From positions 11,096 through 75,095 of the forward strand of contig CAZOMV010000007.1 in the NCBI GenBank assembly GCA_964580995.1: a DNA stretch of 64,000 nt, written 5' to 3'. Positions 8,144-18,561 of the stretch are shown here, in pieces (positions within the stretch are counted from its first letter, which is position 1; every line of letters begins with the position of its first letter). A program made the translations under genes and the position numbers. The DNA is from an uncultured Pirellulales bacterium. Lineage in GTDB: Bacteria; Planctomycetota; Phycisphaerae; Sedimentisphaerales; SM23-30. The notes beneath the pieces were generated by a model. The model did not search any database, was not told where the DNA came from, and saw only the letters and a list, made by a program, of their open reading frames with translations.

Positions 8144-9517
8144 TTACACCAGAAAATCTTCCGGTTTGAAATCCAGCCGGCGGGCGGCTTCCACGGCTTC
8201 GTTGACTTTCAAGACCGCGACGGCGGTTTCGTAGCCGATTTCGCCGGGGCAGCTCAGTTTGGCCTTGCCGCGAACGGCATCGAAGAAATTTTGCAGGTGC
8301 GGCTGGTGAAACGGCTGATCCATTTCCACCAGCAGATTGTACTTGGGAGGTTTGGGAGAACTTCGCACATCCACCACGGATTTGCTGGGTTCGGGCTGGC
8401 CGATACCGGCGTCCCGTTTGATATACCGCTTCTTTTCCCACTGGTACCATTGTTCTTCCGTGACGCCCTTTTCGCGATAGACGGCATTCCGGGCGGCTTC
8501 TTCGGAAGTGGACAGGGAACCCTGATCGCCCATGAAGGTTTCAAAGTAGCCGTTGCTGCTGTTGGTGGTCAGGGTTTGATACGAGGCACGCACGACACCT
8601 TCTTTGGTTTCATATTCATAGATGGCGATTACATTGTCGTACCACTCGTGATCGGTCCAGTAATCGACGCCGCCGCTGGCCATGACGGAGCGGGGCTGGG
8701 TCTGAAGGAACCAGGTATAGATATCGATCTGATGGGAGCCGAGGTCCACAATCGGACCGCCGCCCAGGCCCTTGTACCAGCGCCAATTCCGGAACTGTTT
8801 CATGTCTTTGTAGCCATATTTATTCAGGGTGGCTTCATCGAGTTCGGTATTTTTGGCATATCCTAAATCTTCACAAGCGGCCCGGCTGCGGTTCCACTGG
8901 CCGTTGATGGTGGTGATGCGGCCCAGGATTTTGGCTTCCTGGATGAGTTTCTCGTAGCAGAAGATGTAACGGGGATTGCTGCGCCGCTGGTGGCCGATCT
9001 GCAGCAGTTTGCCGGTGGCTTTGGCGGCTTCCACCATCTTCCGGGCGTTTTCCAGGGTGTTGGACATTTCCTTTTCGCAATAGACATGGAGGCCCGCGTT
9101 CATGCCGGCGATGGCATGTTCGGCATGCCAGAAGTCGGGGGTGGCAACGATCAGGGCATCCAGGTCTTTCTCCTTATCCAGCATTTCTTTGTAATCGGTA
9201 TAAGGAGTACCCACATGGCCGAGCTGTTTCTGCCGGCTAAGCTGGCCGGAAACCCGTTTGAGATTCCAATTTTCCCAGATATCACAAACCGCTTTGAAGC
9301 AGATACCGGAATTTTCACCCATCTTCAGGCAGGCGTCCAGGAGTACCTGACCCTCGGCACCGGCACCCAGCAGGGCGACATTAATCTGATCGGGCTTACC
9401 AGTCAGCACGGTCTGCCCCTTGGCCAGGGGCGAGAACATCAGCCCCGCACCGGCGGCGGCGGTGGAACGCAGAAAGGTGCGTCGATTCATACCTTGATTC
9501 GTATTCACTTCAGTCAT
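8144..9517 (-). CDS. TAT-exported Gfo/Idh/MocA family oxidoreductase
   Basis: Twin-arginine signal MNRRTFLRSTAAAGAG, Rossmann motif ALLGAGAEG, and a Gfo/Idh/MocA-like core (ATPDFWHAEHA...YCEKEM). Confidence 0.9.
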   Translation of the reverse strand: MTEVNTNQGMNRRTFLRSTAAAGAGLMFSPLAKGQTVLTGKPDQINVALLGAGAEGQVLLDACLKMGENSGICFKAVCDIWENWNLKRVSGQLSRQKQLGHVGTPYTDYKEMLDKEKDLDALIVATPDFWHAEHAIAGMNAGLHVYCEKEMSNTLENARKMVEAAKATGKLLQIGHQRRSNPRYIFCYEKLIQEAKILGRITTINGQWNRSRAACEDLGYAKNTELDEATLNKYGYKDMKQFRNWRWYKGLGGGPIVDLGSHQIDIYTWFLQTQPRSVMASGGVDYWTDHEWYDNVIAIYEYETKEGVVRASYQTLTTNSSNGYFETFMGDQGSLSTSEEAARNAVYREKGVTEEQWYQWEKKRYIKRDAGIGQPEPSKSVVDVRSSPKPPKYNLLVEMDQPFHQPHLQNFFDAVRGKAKLSCPGEIGYETAVAVLKVNEAVEAARRLDFKPEDFLV

Positions 9518-9558
9518 TTGCTAAAAACTCCATAAAAAATCATTCAAACTATTTATAT

Positions 9559-12500
9559 TTATTCGCTAATTTGCACTTTGAGGCCTTCCAGCTTACTGCC
9601 GTCCAGAGCGCGGAAGCGGGCACAGGCGGTCCAGCTGGCACCACCCTGGGTTACCTTCATCAGCAGGGTATTCCAGCCCTGTTTCAAGGTGACTTCCACT
9701 TTGTCCTGGGCGGGTTCCAGTGCGCGGGAAACATTTGTACCATGAACGGCCTGGCCATTCAACCAGATTTTGATCCCGTCATCGCTGCCGGCCTCCAGCC
9801 GGACCTTCTGCTCCTTATCGGACCATACCTTGGTGCGAAGGTAGGCGGCCCGGTTGTCACCGCCGATGGCCTTGTCCAGTTCGGCCAACCAGGGACGGTT
9901 GGCATCGCTGGAGGGCGGCAGGACGGCCCATTTCACGTCCTGGGCATCCGGTTGTTCCGGGGCAAAGACGGTATCGAACAAGGCGATATTGTTCGCATTA
10001 TCCTTGGTGTAGGGGCCGGAATATTCCCAACTCACGATATAATCGTCGAACCGTTCGGCGGCGTTGATGATTTCGCGGGCCTGCTGGCGCAGGGTATCAT
10101 TTTGGGTCTGTTTTTCGATCTTCTGCATAACCGCTTTGGCCCGCTGGGGATCCGAACCCATCAGGGTCTGGGCAAGCTGGACGGCGGCCACTTCGGCTTC
10201 CTGCCGCAAAGCGTCGTTCTCCAGCAAAGATTCTGCCATGGCCAGGGCTTCCCAGGATTTGGCATTGGGCAGATTGGTGACCACCATTTTCTTTTCGTTC
10301 TCGTTGGCGGCCATATCCATCGCTTCCTGATAGCGTTTAAGCATATCCGCCGGCGAGAGGTCGCCAGCCAGCCCGATCAGCCGCACATAGCCGCGAAACG
10401 CCAAGGCCCGATGCGTCGCCTCTTTCGTGGATTGGACTACCTTGAGTAAATCCGCCATGGGTTTGGCGTTGGGCCATTCGCCCAAGGCCCGGATCGCGGC
10501 AATCTGCAGCTCCGCCTGATCGCTTTGCAAGGCTTCCGACAGGACGGGGAGGGCACTATCGGCCTGAATCCGGCCCAACAATTCCAGCAAAGAGGCTTTC
10601 ACGGACGAATCTTTCACGGAGGGATATACGGCCAGGACATCTTTGGCCCGCTGGTTTTCATCGGTGATCTTCAAGGCGACAGCGGCGGCAGTTTTGACTG
10701 CCTCGCCGCGCAGCCGTTCATCTTGGATCTGGATTAAAAGCTCCGTCAGTTTAGCCATATCATCAGGACCGGCGGCTGTCTTGAGCGTTTTCCAGGATTC
10801 CATCTGGATTTCCGGGTCGGAATGGGTTGCGGTTTTCAGCAACAGGGGAGCCGCCGATTTGATGTCCCGTTTTTCGATGCTTTTAATCAGTTCCACCGCC
10901 ATTTTGGCATCGGTTTTGGGTATCTGAGCGAGGATTTCCTTATCGATATCCGGGCCGCTCAGGGTGTAAAGACTGTCGCGGGCGGTTTGCTGTTCCGCGC
11001 CTTTGCGGACGGCGGCGGCCTCCGCCAGTACCAAAACAGAACTGGCATCGCCTACCTGGGCCATCGCGGTCAAGGCCGCTAGCCGAACCGATTCGAGATC
11101 GCTGTTGGCGGCTTTGACCACCGCCTCTTTGGCGGCGCCATCGCCGCGATCGGCCAGGGAAGCGAGCAACTGCACCTGACCGGCTTCGGGCAGGGCGGCC
11201 AGTTCCGCGGCAATCCGCTTGATATTCAGGCCGGGGGCTTCCCGCACCAGTTCATTGGCGACGGTTTGAATGTCGGGCTGTTCGTTTCGCAAGGCATCCA
11301 GAATTATTTTTTCGGAGTTTTTGGAATCCGCATAGACCATGCCTTTAAAGGCGGCCATGCGAATCGCGGGGGGATAGTCCTGGGCGAACATTTGTTTATA
11401 GATTTCCAAAGCTCTGGCATTTTTCTTTTTGCTGACCAGATCATCGCCGCAGCGCAGATACGCATCGCAGAACACCATTTGCTGATTCTCCGCGGCAGCG
11501 GGGACCGCCTTGGCCAGGAGGTCCGCGGCCTGCTCGCCGCCGATCTTACCGAGGGCGATAATAGCTGCCGAGGCAATATCCGCGGGGGTATTGCCGTCGC
11601 TGATCAGTTGGCCCAGCGGGGCAACCGCACTTTCCGCCCGCCGCTGGCCGAGGGTATTGATAATGCCGACTTTTACATTGCCGTCGGTCTGGTTCAGAAC
11701 CTGCAACAAAGCCTCATCCGCAGCCGGGGAAGAAATCCGTTCCAGGGCATAGCGGGCCATATCCGCAGTATCGGGATTTTTGACCATTTCGGCTAATACC
11801 GGGACCGACTGTTCGGTGCCCATGATGCTGAGCTGCTTGCAGACGAACTGTTTGGCAGCCAAGGTGGCGTTGGACTGCAAAAACTGCACTAGCGATTTTT
11901 CGATTTGCTTTAAGGCGTCGGGGGAACCGTAGGAGGCCTTGATGTAATCGTACAATTCCGTCAGGGGGATCCGATCCTGGCCGTATTCATAGGCAGTGCA
12001 GCTTGACAGCAAGGATTCCAGGCGGGAGGTATCCGGCTTCCAGGGCAGCGGGGTGGTATCGGCGGCCAGATCACCGAAGGCGAACTGGATGCCGTCCAGA
12101 TAATGCTGGAGGATCATGCGGTTCCAGAGAAGAGGGTGGTTGTGACCGAGCGAGCAGTAGAAAACCCGCCCTTTGCCGAAAGTACGTACCCAACTGACGG
12201 GATAATCCGTTTCGCCGGGGCGCAGATCCGCAACCTGGCTGGTGGCCGGGTCACTCATATCCAGGCTCATCAGAACGCGGGCATTTTCCCGCAGCTTCAT
12301 TTGTTTAATGCGATAGATTTCGTCGCTGATCTTGAAGCCTTTCCCCTCGAACGCCTGCATAATGGCGTGTTTGGGGTCGTCGATTTTGAAGGCCCAGGTG
12401 CCGCCGGCCGTCCACGGATGGCCGTCAAAGACGCCGCCCATCATTTCCGCCGCTTCGGGCCAGTTGTAAAAATTATCGGTGGCGGCATGAATCCCAATCA

Positions 12501-12906
12501 CACCTTTGCCGCCTTTGACAAAATCCATCAGGCTTTTGCGCAATTCGGGATCGTCAAAGGTCAGCCGCACAGTGTTGTTGAACAGCACCCCATCAAATTG
12601 ATTCAAGCTGTCCGGCCGGAACACGTTCATATCCGTGCTGGTGGTTACGGCAAAAGCGCCGGTCTTCTGGCCCATGACCTCCAGGGCCTTCTCCACATAG
12701 GGAATGGAGCTGTGCTGGAAGCCCAGGGTTAGGCTGAACACCAGCAGTTTGCGCGGCTGGGCCGGCTGGACGCGGGCCTTGTCCGGCGCGGCCTGCTCGA
12801 TCTGCTGGATTTCTTCCGGCGAAACGGCCCATCCGGCCTGGGGCAAAAAATACCAAACCAATAGAAGCATCAGGGAGGTTACAATATACTTTTTCCATCT
12901 ATTCAT
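9559..12906 (-). CDS. Secreted ThuA-domain / HEAT-repeat / C-terminal beta-sandwich protein (1115 aa)
   Basis: Signal peptide present. ThuA-like block: LLVFSLTLGFQHSSIP...GVIGIHAATDNF...VFYCSLGHN. The following ~600 aa are HEAT/PBS-lyase-like helical repeats. The C-terminal ~160 aa (…GSDDGIKIWLNGQAVH…LLMKV…) form a module shared with the protein encoded at 24955..27516. Confidence 0.85.
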   Translation of the reverse strand: MNRWKKYIVTSLMLLLVWYFLPQAGWAVSPEEIQQIEQAAPDKARVQPAQPRKLLVFSLTLGFQHSSIPYVEKALEVMGQKTGAFAVTTSTDMNVFRPDSLNQFDGVLFNNTVRLTFDDPELRKSLMDFVKGGKGVIGIHAATDNFYNWPEAAEMMGGVFDGHPWTAGGTWAFKIDDPKHAIMQAFEGKGFKISDEIYRIKQMKLRENARVLMSLDMSDPATSQVADLRPGETDYPVSWVRTFGKGRVFYCSLGHNHPLLWNRMILQHYLDGIQFAFGDLAADTTPLPWKPDTSRLESLLSSCTAYEYGQDRIPLTELYDYIKASYGSPDALKQIEKSLVQFLQSNATLAAKQFVCKQLSIMGTEQSVPVLAEMVKNPDTADMARYALERISSPAADEALLQVLNQTDGNVKVGIINTLGQRRAESAVAPLGQLISDGNTPADIASAAIIALGKIGGEQAADLLAKAVPAAAENQQMVFCDAYLRCGDDLVSKKKNARALEIYKQMFAQDYPPAIRMAAFKGMVYADSKNSEKIILDALRNEQPDIQTVANELVREAPGLNIKRIAAELAALPEAGQVQLLASLADRGDGAAKEAVVKAANSDLESVRLAALTAMAQVGDASSVLVLAEAAAVRKGAEQQTARDSLYTLSGPDIDKEILAQIPKTDAKMAVELIKSIEKRDIKSAAPLLLKTATHSDPEIQMESWKTLKTAAGPDDMAKLTELLIQIQDERLRGEAVKTAAAVALKITDENQRAKDVLAVYPSVKDSSVKASLLELLGRIQADSALPVLSEALQSDQAELQIAAIRALGEWPNAKPMADLLKVVQSTKEATHRALAFRGYVRLIGLAGDLSPADMLKRYQEAMDMAANENEKKMVVTNLPNAKSWEALAMAESLLENDALRQEAEVAAVQLAQTLMGSDPQRAKAVMQKIEKQTQNDTLRQQAREIINAAERFDDYIVSWEYSGPYTKDNANNIALFDTVFAPEQPDAQDVKWAVLPPSSDANRPWLAELDKAIGGDNRAAYLRTKVWSDKEQKVRLEAGSDDGIKIWLNGQAVHGTNVSRALEPAQDKVEVTLKQGWNTLLMKVTQGGASWTACARFRALDGSKLEGLKVQISE

Positions 12907-12951
12907 TTTATTACTCCAGATTGATAAAAATCAGTCCAATTTTCGGGGCCG

Positions 12952-14391
12952 TTACTGTTCCAACTGTTTGATGCGAATATTCCGGAACCAGATCGGGTGG
13001 CCGTGATACTGCAAGCCGATCAGCCCGTCCCGGGCCATATCCTTGTAGGCAATATTGAATTTATTGGGGGAGCCGTCGGGATTTTTGCCGGCCTGCGTCC
13101 ACTGGTTCAAATCCATATCGATGACCGGCACTTCATTCAGTACCACGTGAATCTTGTTATCCCGGCAGGTGATGATATAACGGTTCCACTGGCCGGCGGG
13201 TTTGACGGCATTCGCGCTGGGCGAAAGGCAATCGTAGATCGCGCCGCACTGGCCGTGCGGGGTGCCGTCGCCGGTTTCATGAATCTGCACTTCGATGGTG
13301 GTATTAATCCAGTCATTCAGGTCGGCACAACGTAAAAAGACACCGCTGTTGGCGTCTTTGGACAATTTGAATTCCAGATCCAGGATATAATTGCCGAACC
13401 GTTCCTTGGTCCAGATATCGCCGCCGCCGCGCGGGCTGAGCAAGCCGCCCTCTTCGACCACCCAACTGCCTTCGCTGGCCGCCCAGCCGGTCAGATCCAT
13501 ACCGTTGAAAAGCCAGCGCCAGGTGGGATAGCCCAATTTGGCACTTTCCTGGTCGAAATAGCGGATACACTGGATGATATCGGGGATGGAGTTATCCCAG
13601 TTGTATTCATATTCAATCGTAAAGACACCCTTGAAATTCTGGCGGTCCAGTTCGGCCAGCATCGCCTTGGCATCATTTTTGCCCGTTCCCCAGATAACAT
13701 CATGGGCATCGGGATTATTGAATTCGTTGACATCCTTGAAGTGCAGGGAAATGATGCGGCCGGAGAGTTTTTTCAAGGCCTCGACCGGATTGACGCCGGA
13801 ACGCATCCAGTGGCCGGTATCGGCACAGGCCCCGATGCGTTTGGAACGGCCCTGGCATACCTCCAGCACCTTGTCCGGATTCCAGTAGCCGGAAGGTTTG
13901 GGATGGTTGTGCAGGGCGACATTGATTTCATATTCATTGCAAAGGCGGTCCACCAGATCAAAGGCCTCGACCGGGGGTTCGGAGGTGATGGTTTCGATTC
14001 CCATCTCTTTGGCGAAATCGAAAACCTTGCGGCATTCCGCTTCGTCATTGGGCAATCCGACCACCCCGTAGCAAACCAGTTGAATGCCGGCGGCGGCCAG
14101 TTTTTCCCGGGCTGCCTTGCGGATTTCCGGGGTGGCCATATGGCCGAACGGGGCATCGGGCTTTTCCTTGCTGAAGGATTGGCCGGGGAAGGCTTCGATA
14201 TAGCTAAGGCCCATCAGTGCGGCATTATCCACCGCTTCGCAAAACGTGGCTTTATGGAAAGTCCAGGCCTGCACGGCCAGCCGCCAGTTTTCCGGGGCAT
14301 TCAAAACCGCATGTCCGGCCTGGGCCGGGGCCGCCAGAACTACAGAACCAATCATTCCCAAAAACATTAAAAATACATAACGCTTACTCAT
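12952..14391 (-). CDS. Secreted xylose-isomerase-like TIM-barrel (sugar phosphate isomerase/epimerase family) fused to DUF1080 (3-keto-disaccharide hydrolase-like) domain
   Basis: Signal peptide present. TIM-barrel blocks: IGACADTGHW, LHFKD, FTIEYE. DUF1080 blocks: LFNGMDLTGW...NSGVFLR...IEVQIHE...GAIYD...GLIGLQYHGHPIWFRNIRIKQL. Start is ATG 14391, with GGAG 9 nt upstream; the ORF-track start at 14400 is GTG. Confidence 0.85.
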   Translation of the reverse strand: MSKRYVFLMFLGMIGSVVLAAPAQAGHAVLNAPENWRLAVQAWTFHKATFCEAVDNAALMGLSYIEAFPGQSFSKEKPDAPFGHMATPEIRKAAREKLAAAGIQLVCYGVVGLPNDEAECRKVFDFAKEMGIETITSEPPVEAFDLVDRLCNEYEINVALHNHPKPSGYWNPDKVLEVCQGRSKRIGACADTGHWMRSGVNPVEALKKLSGRIISLHFKDVNEFNNPDAHDVIWGTGKNDAKAMLAELDRQNFKGVFTIEYEYNWDNSIPDIIQCIRYFDQESAKLGYPTWRWLFNGMDLTGWAASEGSWVVEEGGLLSPRGGGDIWTKERFGNYILDLEFKLSKDANSGVFLRCADLNDWINTTIEVQIHETGDGTPHGQCGAIYDCLSPSANAVKPAGQWNRYIITCRDNKIHVVLNEVPVIDMDLNQWTQAGKNPDGSPNKFNIAYKDMARDGLIGLQYHGHPIWFRNIRIKQLEQ

Positions 14392-14446
14392 TTTTTGCAC
14401 TCCATATAAAATTGAAAACGTATAAAACCTGTTTTACTCAATTACT

Positions 14447-15787
14447 CTATACATACCAGGGGCTGCGCGTGGACCGGGCCAAAAGCCGCTGGGCCTCGGG
14501 ATTGTTCAAAATTTCTTCTTTTTCGGGATCCCAGCGGATGGGGCTTTTGGTCAGCATGGCGATATTCAGCAAATGGCAGATGGTCGCGGTGCGATGACCG
14601 ATTTCCACGGAGGCCATCGGCTGATTGCGGGTTTTCACGGCATCGAGGAAATTCCGGTGGTGGCCGGGGCTGCGTCCCAGATGAACTTCCTCCGGCCGCA
14701 GTGTTTCCTGCAGCAGCGAGGCCGGCTCGGCCTCCAGCATTCCGCCGTGAATATGGATAAAGATCCAGCCGTCGCTGCCGATGAATTTCAGGCCGCGGGG
14801 ATCGACGCTGGCGCCGATCATTTTTACCCCGTTGGCATAGGTGCATTCGAAATCATACTTCATATAGGCATCGTACAGGCCGCTTTTGGGTGCCTCGCCT
14901 TCGGCCCGCAGCTCCACCGGACCGGTATGATCCGTACCGTTGCCCAACTGGCCGATATCGATAATGTGGGCGCCGCGGTCGGTCATCTCCCCGCCGCCGT
15001 AGTTGAAAATGAACCGCCACCAGAAATGGCAGCGCCGTTCGGTATAGGGAACCCAGGGAGTCGGCCCCAGCCACATGTCATAATCCAGACTCTCCGGAAC
15101 GGGCATATTGGGAAAGATATTTTCATTATTGATGATTTCCAGGTGATGCGGGTCGCTGTTGGGCATGTTAATCTGGATGGTATGCAGTTTGCCGATGCGG
15201 CCGTTGCGGACCAGTTCGCAGGCAAACCGGACGCTGTGCCGGGACCGCTCATGCGTACCGTTTTGCAGAATCCGCCCGTAACGCTGAACCGCCCGGCGTA
15301 CCGCGATCCCCTCGGCAATGGTATTGACCAGCGGTTTTTCACAATAGATATCCTTGCCGGACTCCGCCGCCGCAATCGTAATCAAGCCATGCCAGTGGTC
15401 CGGGGTGCCGATGGAAACCGCGTCGATATCCTGCCGGGCCGTTAGCTCGCGGAAATCGCGGTATTCCGCACAGCCGTCCCCGCCGCCGGACTTATCCTGC
15501 TGGGCGTAAAAATCCTGCACGATTTTTTTCGCCCGGGCCTTGTGATTGGCATCCACATCGCAGACCGCCACCACCTGGACTTCCGGCTGATTCAGAAACG
15601 CCTGCATGTTGCCGGTCCCCTGGCCGCCTACCCCGATACAGCCCATCACAACGCGGTTGCTGGGGGCCACCGCACCATCCAGGCCTAGGGCACGGCCGGG
15701 AATAATCGTGGGAAATCCGATGATGCCGCCGGCAGAGGCCAGGGCGGTACCTTTCAGAAATTGACGCCGGGAAATTTTTTTGGTCAT
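14447..15787 (-). CDS. TAT-exported Gfo/Idh/MocA oxidoreductase (paralogue 1 of tandem array)
   Basis: TAT signal SRRQFLKGTALASAGG, Rossmann motif GCIGVGGQG, and block IGTPDHWH...YCEKPL. Confidence 0.9.
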   Translation of the reverse strand: MTKKISRRQFLKGTALASAGGIIGFPTIIPGRALGLDGAVAPSNRVVMGCIGVGGQGTGNMQAFLNQPEVQVVAVCDVDANHKARAKKIVQDFYAQQDKSGGGDGCAEYRDFRELTARQDIDAVSIGTPDHWHGLITIAAAESGKDIYCEKPLVNTIAEGIAVRRAVQRYGRILQNGTHERSRHSVRFACELVRNGRIGKLHTIQINMPNSDPHHLEIINNENIFPNMPVPESLDYDMWLGPTPWVPYTERRCHFWWRFIFNYGGGEMTDRGAHIIDIGQLGNGTDHTGPVELRAEGEAPKSGLYDAYMKYDFECTYANGVKMIGASVDPRGLKFIGSDGWIFIHIHGGMLEAEPASLLQETLRPEEVHLGRSPGHHRNFLDAVKTRNQPMASVEIGHRTATICHLLNIAMLTKSPIRWDPEKEEILNNPEAQRLLARSTRSPWYV

Positions 15788-15816
15788 ACTTTACATCCTT
15801 TTATTTTTATTATTCC

Positions 15817-17130
15817 TTACAGCCGCCAGGGACTGCGCATCGCACTGCCGAGCATCTGGGAAGCGGCCGGGTCGCCGATAATCTCTTCGGTATCCGGATT
15901 GAAACGAATCTTTCTGCCCAGCAGCATCGAAATCTGACCCAGATGGCCGGGCGAGGCGGACCGATGCGCTACTTCACACGGGGTCAGGGTAGTGCTGCGG
16001 GTTTTAATGCAATCCAGGAAATTACGCTGGTGGCCGGGCGAACGGTACAGGTTAATCTCATTCGGGCTGAATTTTTCTTCCAGTAAACTTTTGGGTTCCG
16101 CTTCCAAAAAGCCGCGGTTCACCCAGACCCAGCCGTCTTCTCCAATCCATTTGGTCCCGTGGCCGATCTGGTCATAGCCGCCGGCCATAATCATCTCCAG
16201 GCCGCTGGCATATTTAACGGTCACATAATATTTGGTGGCGGCATTCCAGAGTCCGCTGGAGGGAAATTCTCCCTTGCCGTCCACTTCGACCGGGCCGGCA
16301 TAGTCCAATCCCAAACCCCAGTGCGCGATATCCACATGGTGGCCTACCCAGTCCATCAGTTGCCCACCGCCGTAATCCAGATGCCAGCGCCAGCTCGTAT
16401 GGAGCCGTGCGGGACAATATGGCTCATAGGGGGCCGGGCCTAACCAGAAATCATAGTCCAGCTCCGGGGGAGGCGGGCAGATGGTTTCCTGACCGGTATT
16501 ACCGAAATCAGAAAATCCGGATGGTAATCCCACTTCTACCCGCCGGACCTTGCCGATGCGGCCATTTAAAACCAGTTCACAGGCGAAACGGAAATTGCCC
16601 ACGGACCGCTGCCAACTGCCGGTCTGCCAGACCCGGCCATAGCGTTTCACCGCATTACACATGGCCCGGCCTTCCTCGAGAGTATGCGACAAGGGTTTTT
16701 CACTATAAATATCTTTGCCGGCCTTCGCGGCGGTGATCGCACAAATCGCATGCCAATGATCCGGTGTAGCGCAGGAAACGGCGTCAATGTCCCCCCGGGC
16801 CAGCAGGTCACGGAAATCATGGTAGGCTTTGCAATCCTGATTGCCATATACTTCATCAACCCGGTTTTTCGCCTTGTTGAGATGTTTCTGGTCCAGATCG
16901 CAGACCGCGACGACCTGACAATCTTTTTCATTCAGAAAGGCATTCATATTATCCCCGCCCATCCAGCCCACACCGATACAACCTAGTGTAATCCGATTAC
17001 TGGCTGCGACCGAACCATCACGTCCCAGGGCGGAAGAGGAAATCAAATAAGGAAAACTGACCGCACCGGCGGCGGCCAGCGAAGACTTCTTTAAAAATTG
17101 ACGTCTCGAGATGGTCTTTTTGTCTTTCAT
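15817..17130 (-). CDS. TAT-exported Gfo/Idh/MocA oxidoreductase (paralogue 2)
   Basis: TAT signal SRRQFLKKSSLAAAGA, Rossmann motif GCIGVGWMG, and block ATPDHWH...YSEKPL. Confidence 0.9.
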   Translation of the reverse strand: MKDKKTISRRQFLKKSSLAAAGAVSFPYLISSSALGRDGSVAASNRITLGCIGVGWMGGDNMNAFLNEKDCQVVAVCDLDQKHLNKAKNRVDEVYGNQDCKAYHDFRDLLARGDIDAVSCATPDHWHAICAITAAKAGKDIYSEKPLSHTLEEGRAMCNAVKRYGRVWQTGSWQRSVGNFRFACELVLNGRIGKVRRVEVGLPSGFSDFGNTGQETICPPPPELDYDFWLGPAPYEPYCPARLHTSWRWHLDYGGGQLMDWVGHHVDIAHWGLGLDYAGPVEVDGKGEFPSSGLWNAATKYYVTVKYASGLEMIMAGGYDQIGHGTKWIGEDGWVWVNRGFLEAEPKSLLEEKFSPNEINLYRSPGHQRNFLDCIKTRSTTLTPCEVAHRSASPGHLGQISMLLGRKIRFNPDTEEIIGDPAASQMLGSAMRSPWRL

Positions 17131-17157
17131 AATCGTATCCTGAAATATCCAGCTATC

Positions 17158-18519
17158 TTATATACGCCAGGGAGACCGCATGGGTCGAGCGACCATTCGG
17201 TCCATTTCTTCATCATTCACGACATGTTCGGTCACCGGGTCCCACTGCAAGGTCCGCTCGGTCTGGAGGGCAATATTCAGCAAATGGCAGATCGTGGCGG
17301 TCCGGTGGCCCACTTCCGCCGGTGCCATCGGCAGATTTCGGGACTTGATGGCCTCGAGAAAATTGCGATGGTGGCCGGGACTGCGGCCCAGATGGATTTC
17401 TTCCGGGCGGATGATTTCCTGCAAAAGGGAAGCCGGCTGGGCTTCCAGCCGCCCGCCGTGAATATGAATGAAGATCCAGCCGTCGGTACCCTCGAATTTC
17501 AGGCCGCGCGGCTGGTCGATACCACCCAGCATTCGCACGCCATTGGCATACTCACATTCAAAGGTATATTTATCGTAGGTATCAAACAAACCGTTGCGCG
17601 GAGCCGAACCCCGCGCGGAAATTTTGACCGGGCCGGAATCATCGGTATTATTGCCCAACTGGGCGATATCAATGATATGGGCGCCGCGGTCGGTCATCTC
17701 CCCCCCACCGCATTCCAGTATATAGCGCCAATAGAAATGGCCGCGCCGGCGGGTATAGGGATACCAGGTCGTCGGGCCTAGCCACATATCGTAATCCAGT
17801 CCCGGCGGGACCGGCATGGGCGGCTGGGGGCCGATGGCAATCTGATTATCCACGGGCATATTGATGCGAATCGTGTGCAATTTACCAAGGCGGCCATTGC
17901 GGACCAGTTCGCAGGCAAACCGGACACTGCTGCCGGAACGCTCGTGGCTGCCCGTTTGCAGAACTCGTTTGTATCGTTTTACCGCCTCGCAAACGGCCCG
18001 TCCTTCCGGGATGGAATTCACCAGCGGTTTCTCACAATAGATGTCTTTGCCGGCTTTGGCGGCGGCGATGGAAACCAGGCCGTGCCAATGGTCGGGCGTG
18101 CAAACCGTGACCGCATCGATATCCTCGCGGGCCAGCAATTCGCGGAAATCGTTATAGCCGGCGCAGCCTTTGTAGGTGCCGTCGGTTTTTTGCTGAGCAT
18201 AATATTTTTCTGCGCGCTGGCGGGCGGGATTCCGGCCGGCGGTCGTACTGCCTTCAAACTGATACAGTTTGTCATAATCGTCGCTGCCCTCGTTGACATC
18301 GCAAATCGCCGCTACCTGGACATCGGGTTGTTCCAGAAACGCCAGCATATTCCAGGTACCCTGCCCCCCGGCTCCGATGCAGCCCATCACAATCCGGTTG
18401 CTGGGGGCTACCGTGCCATCCAGTCCCAGTGCGGAAGAGGGAATGATATACGGAAAGCCTATCGCGCCGGCGGCGGCCAGCGAGGTTTTCTGCAAAAATT
18501 TTCGTCTGGATATTTTCAT
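17158..18519 (-). CDS. TAT-exported Gfo/Idh/MocA oxidoreductase (paralogue 3)
   Basis: TAT signal SRRKFLQKTSLAAAGA and Rossmann motif GCIGAGGQG. Closely resembles paralogue 1 (VRFACELVRNGR[IL]GKLHTI, ATICHLLNIA). I prefer ATG 18519; position 18537 is TTG. Confidence 0.9.
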   Translation of the reverse strand: MKISRRKFLQKTSLAAAGAIGFPYIIPSSALGLDGTVAPSNRIVMGCIGAGGQGTWNMLAFLEQPDVQVAAICDVNEGSDDYDKLYQFEGSTTAGRNPARQRAEKYYAQQKTDGTYKGCAGYNDFRELLAREDIDAVTVCTPDHWHGLVSIAAAKAGKDIYCEKPLVNSIPEGRAVCEAVKRYKRVLQTGSHERSGSSVRFACELVRNGRLGKLHTIRINMPVDNQIAIGPQPPMPVPPGLDYDMWLGPTTWYPYTRRRGHFYWRYILECGGGEMTDRGAHIIDIAQLGNNTDDSGPVKISARGSAPRNGLFDTYDKYTFECEYANGVRMLGGIDQPRGLKFEGTDGWIFIHIHGGRLEAQPASLLQEIIRPEEIHLGRSPGHHRNFLEAIKSRNLPMAPAEVGHRTATICHLLNIALQTERTLQWDPVTEHVVNDEEMDRMVARPMRSPWRI

Positions 18520-18561
18520 GGCTTGTCCCTTTTCCAAAGTCCTACCATGACTGGTGTATTG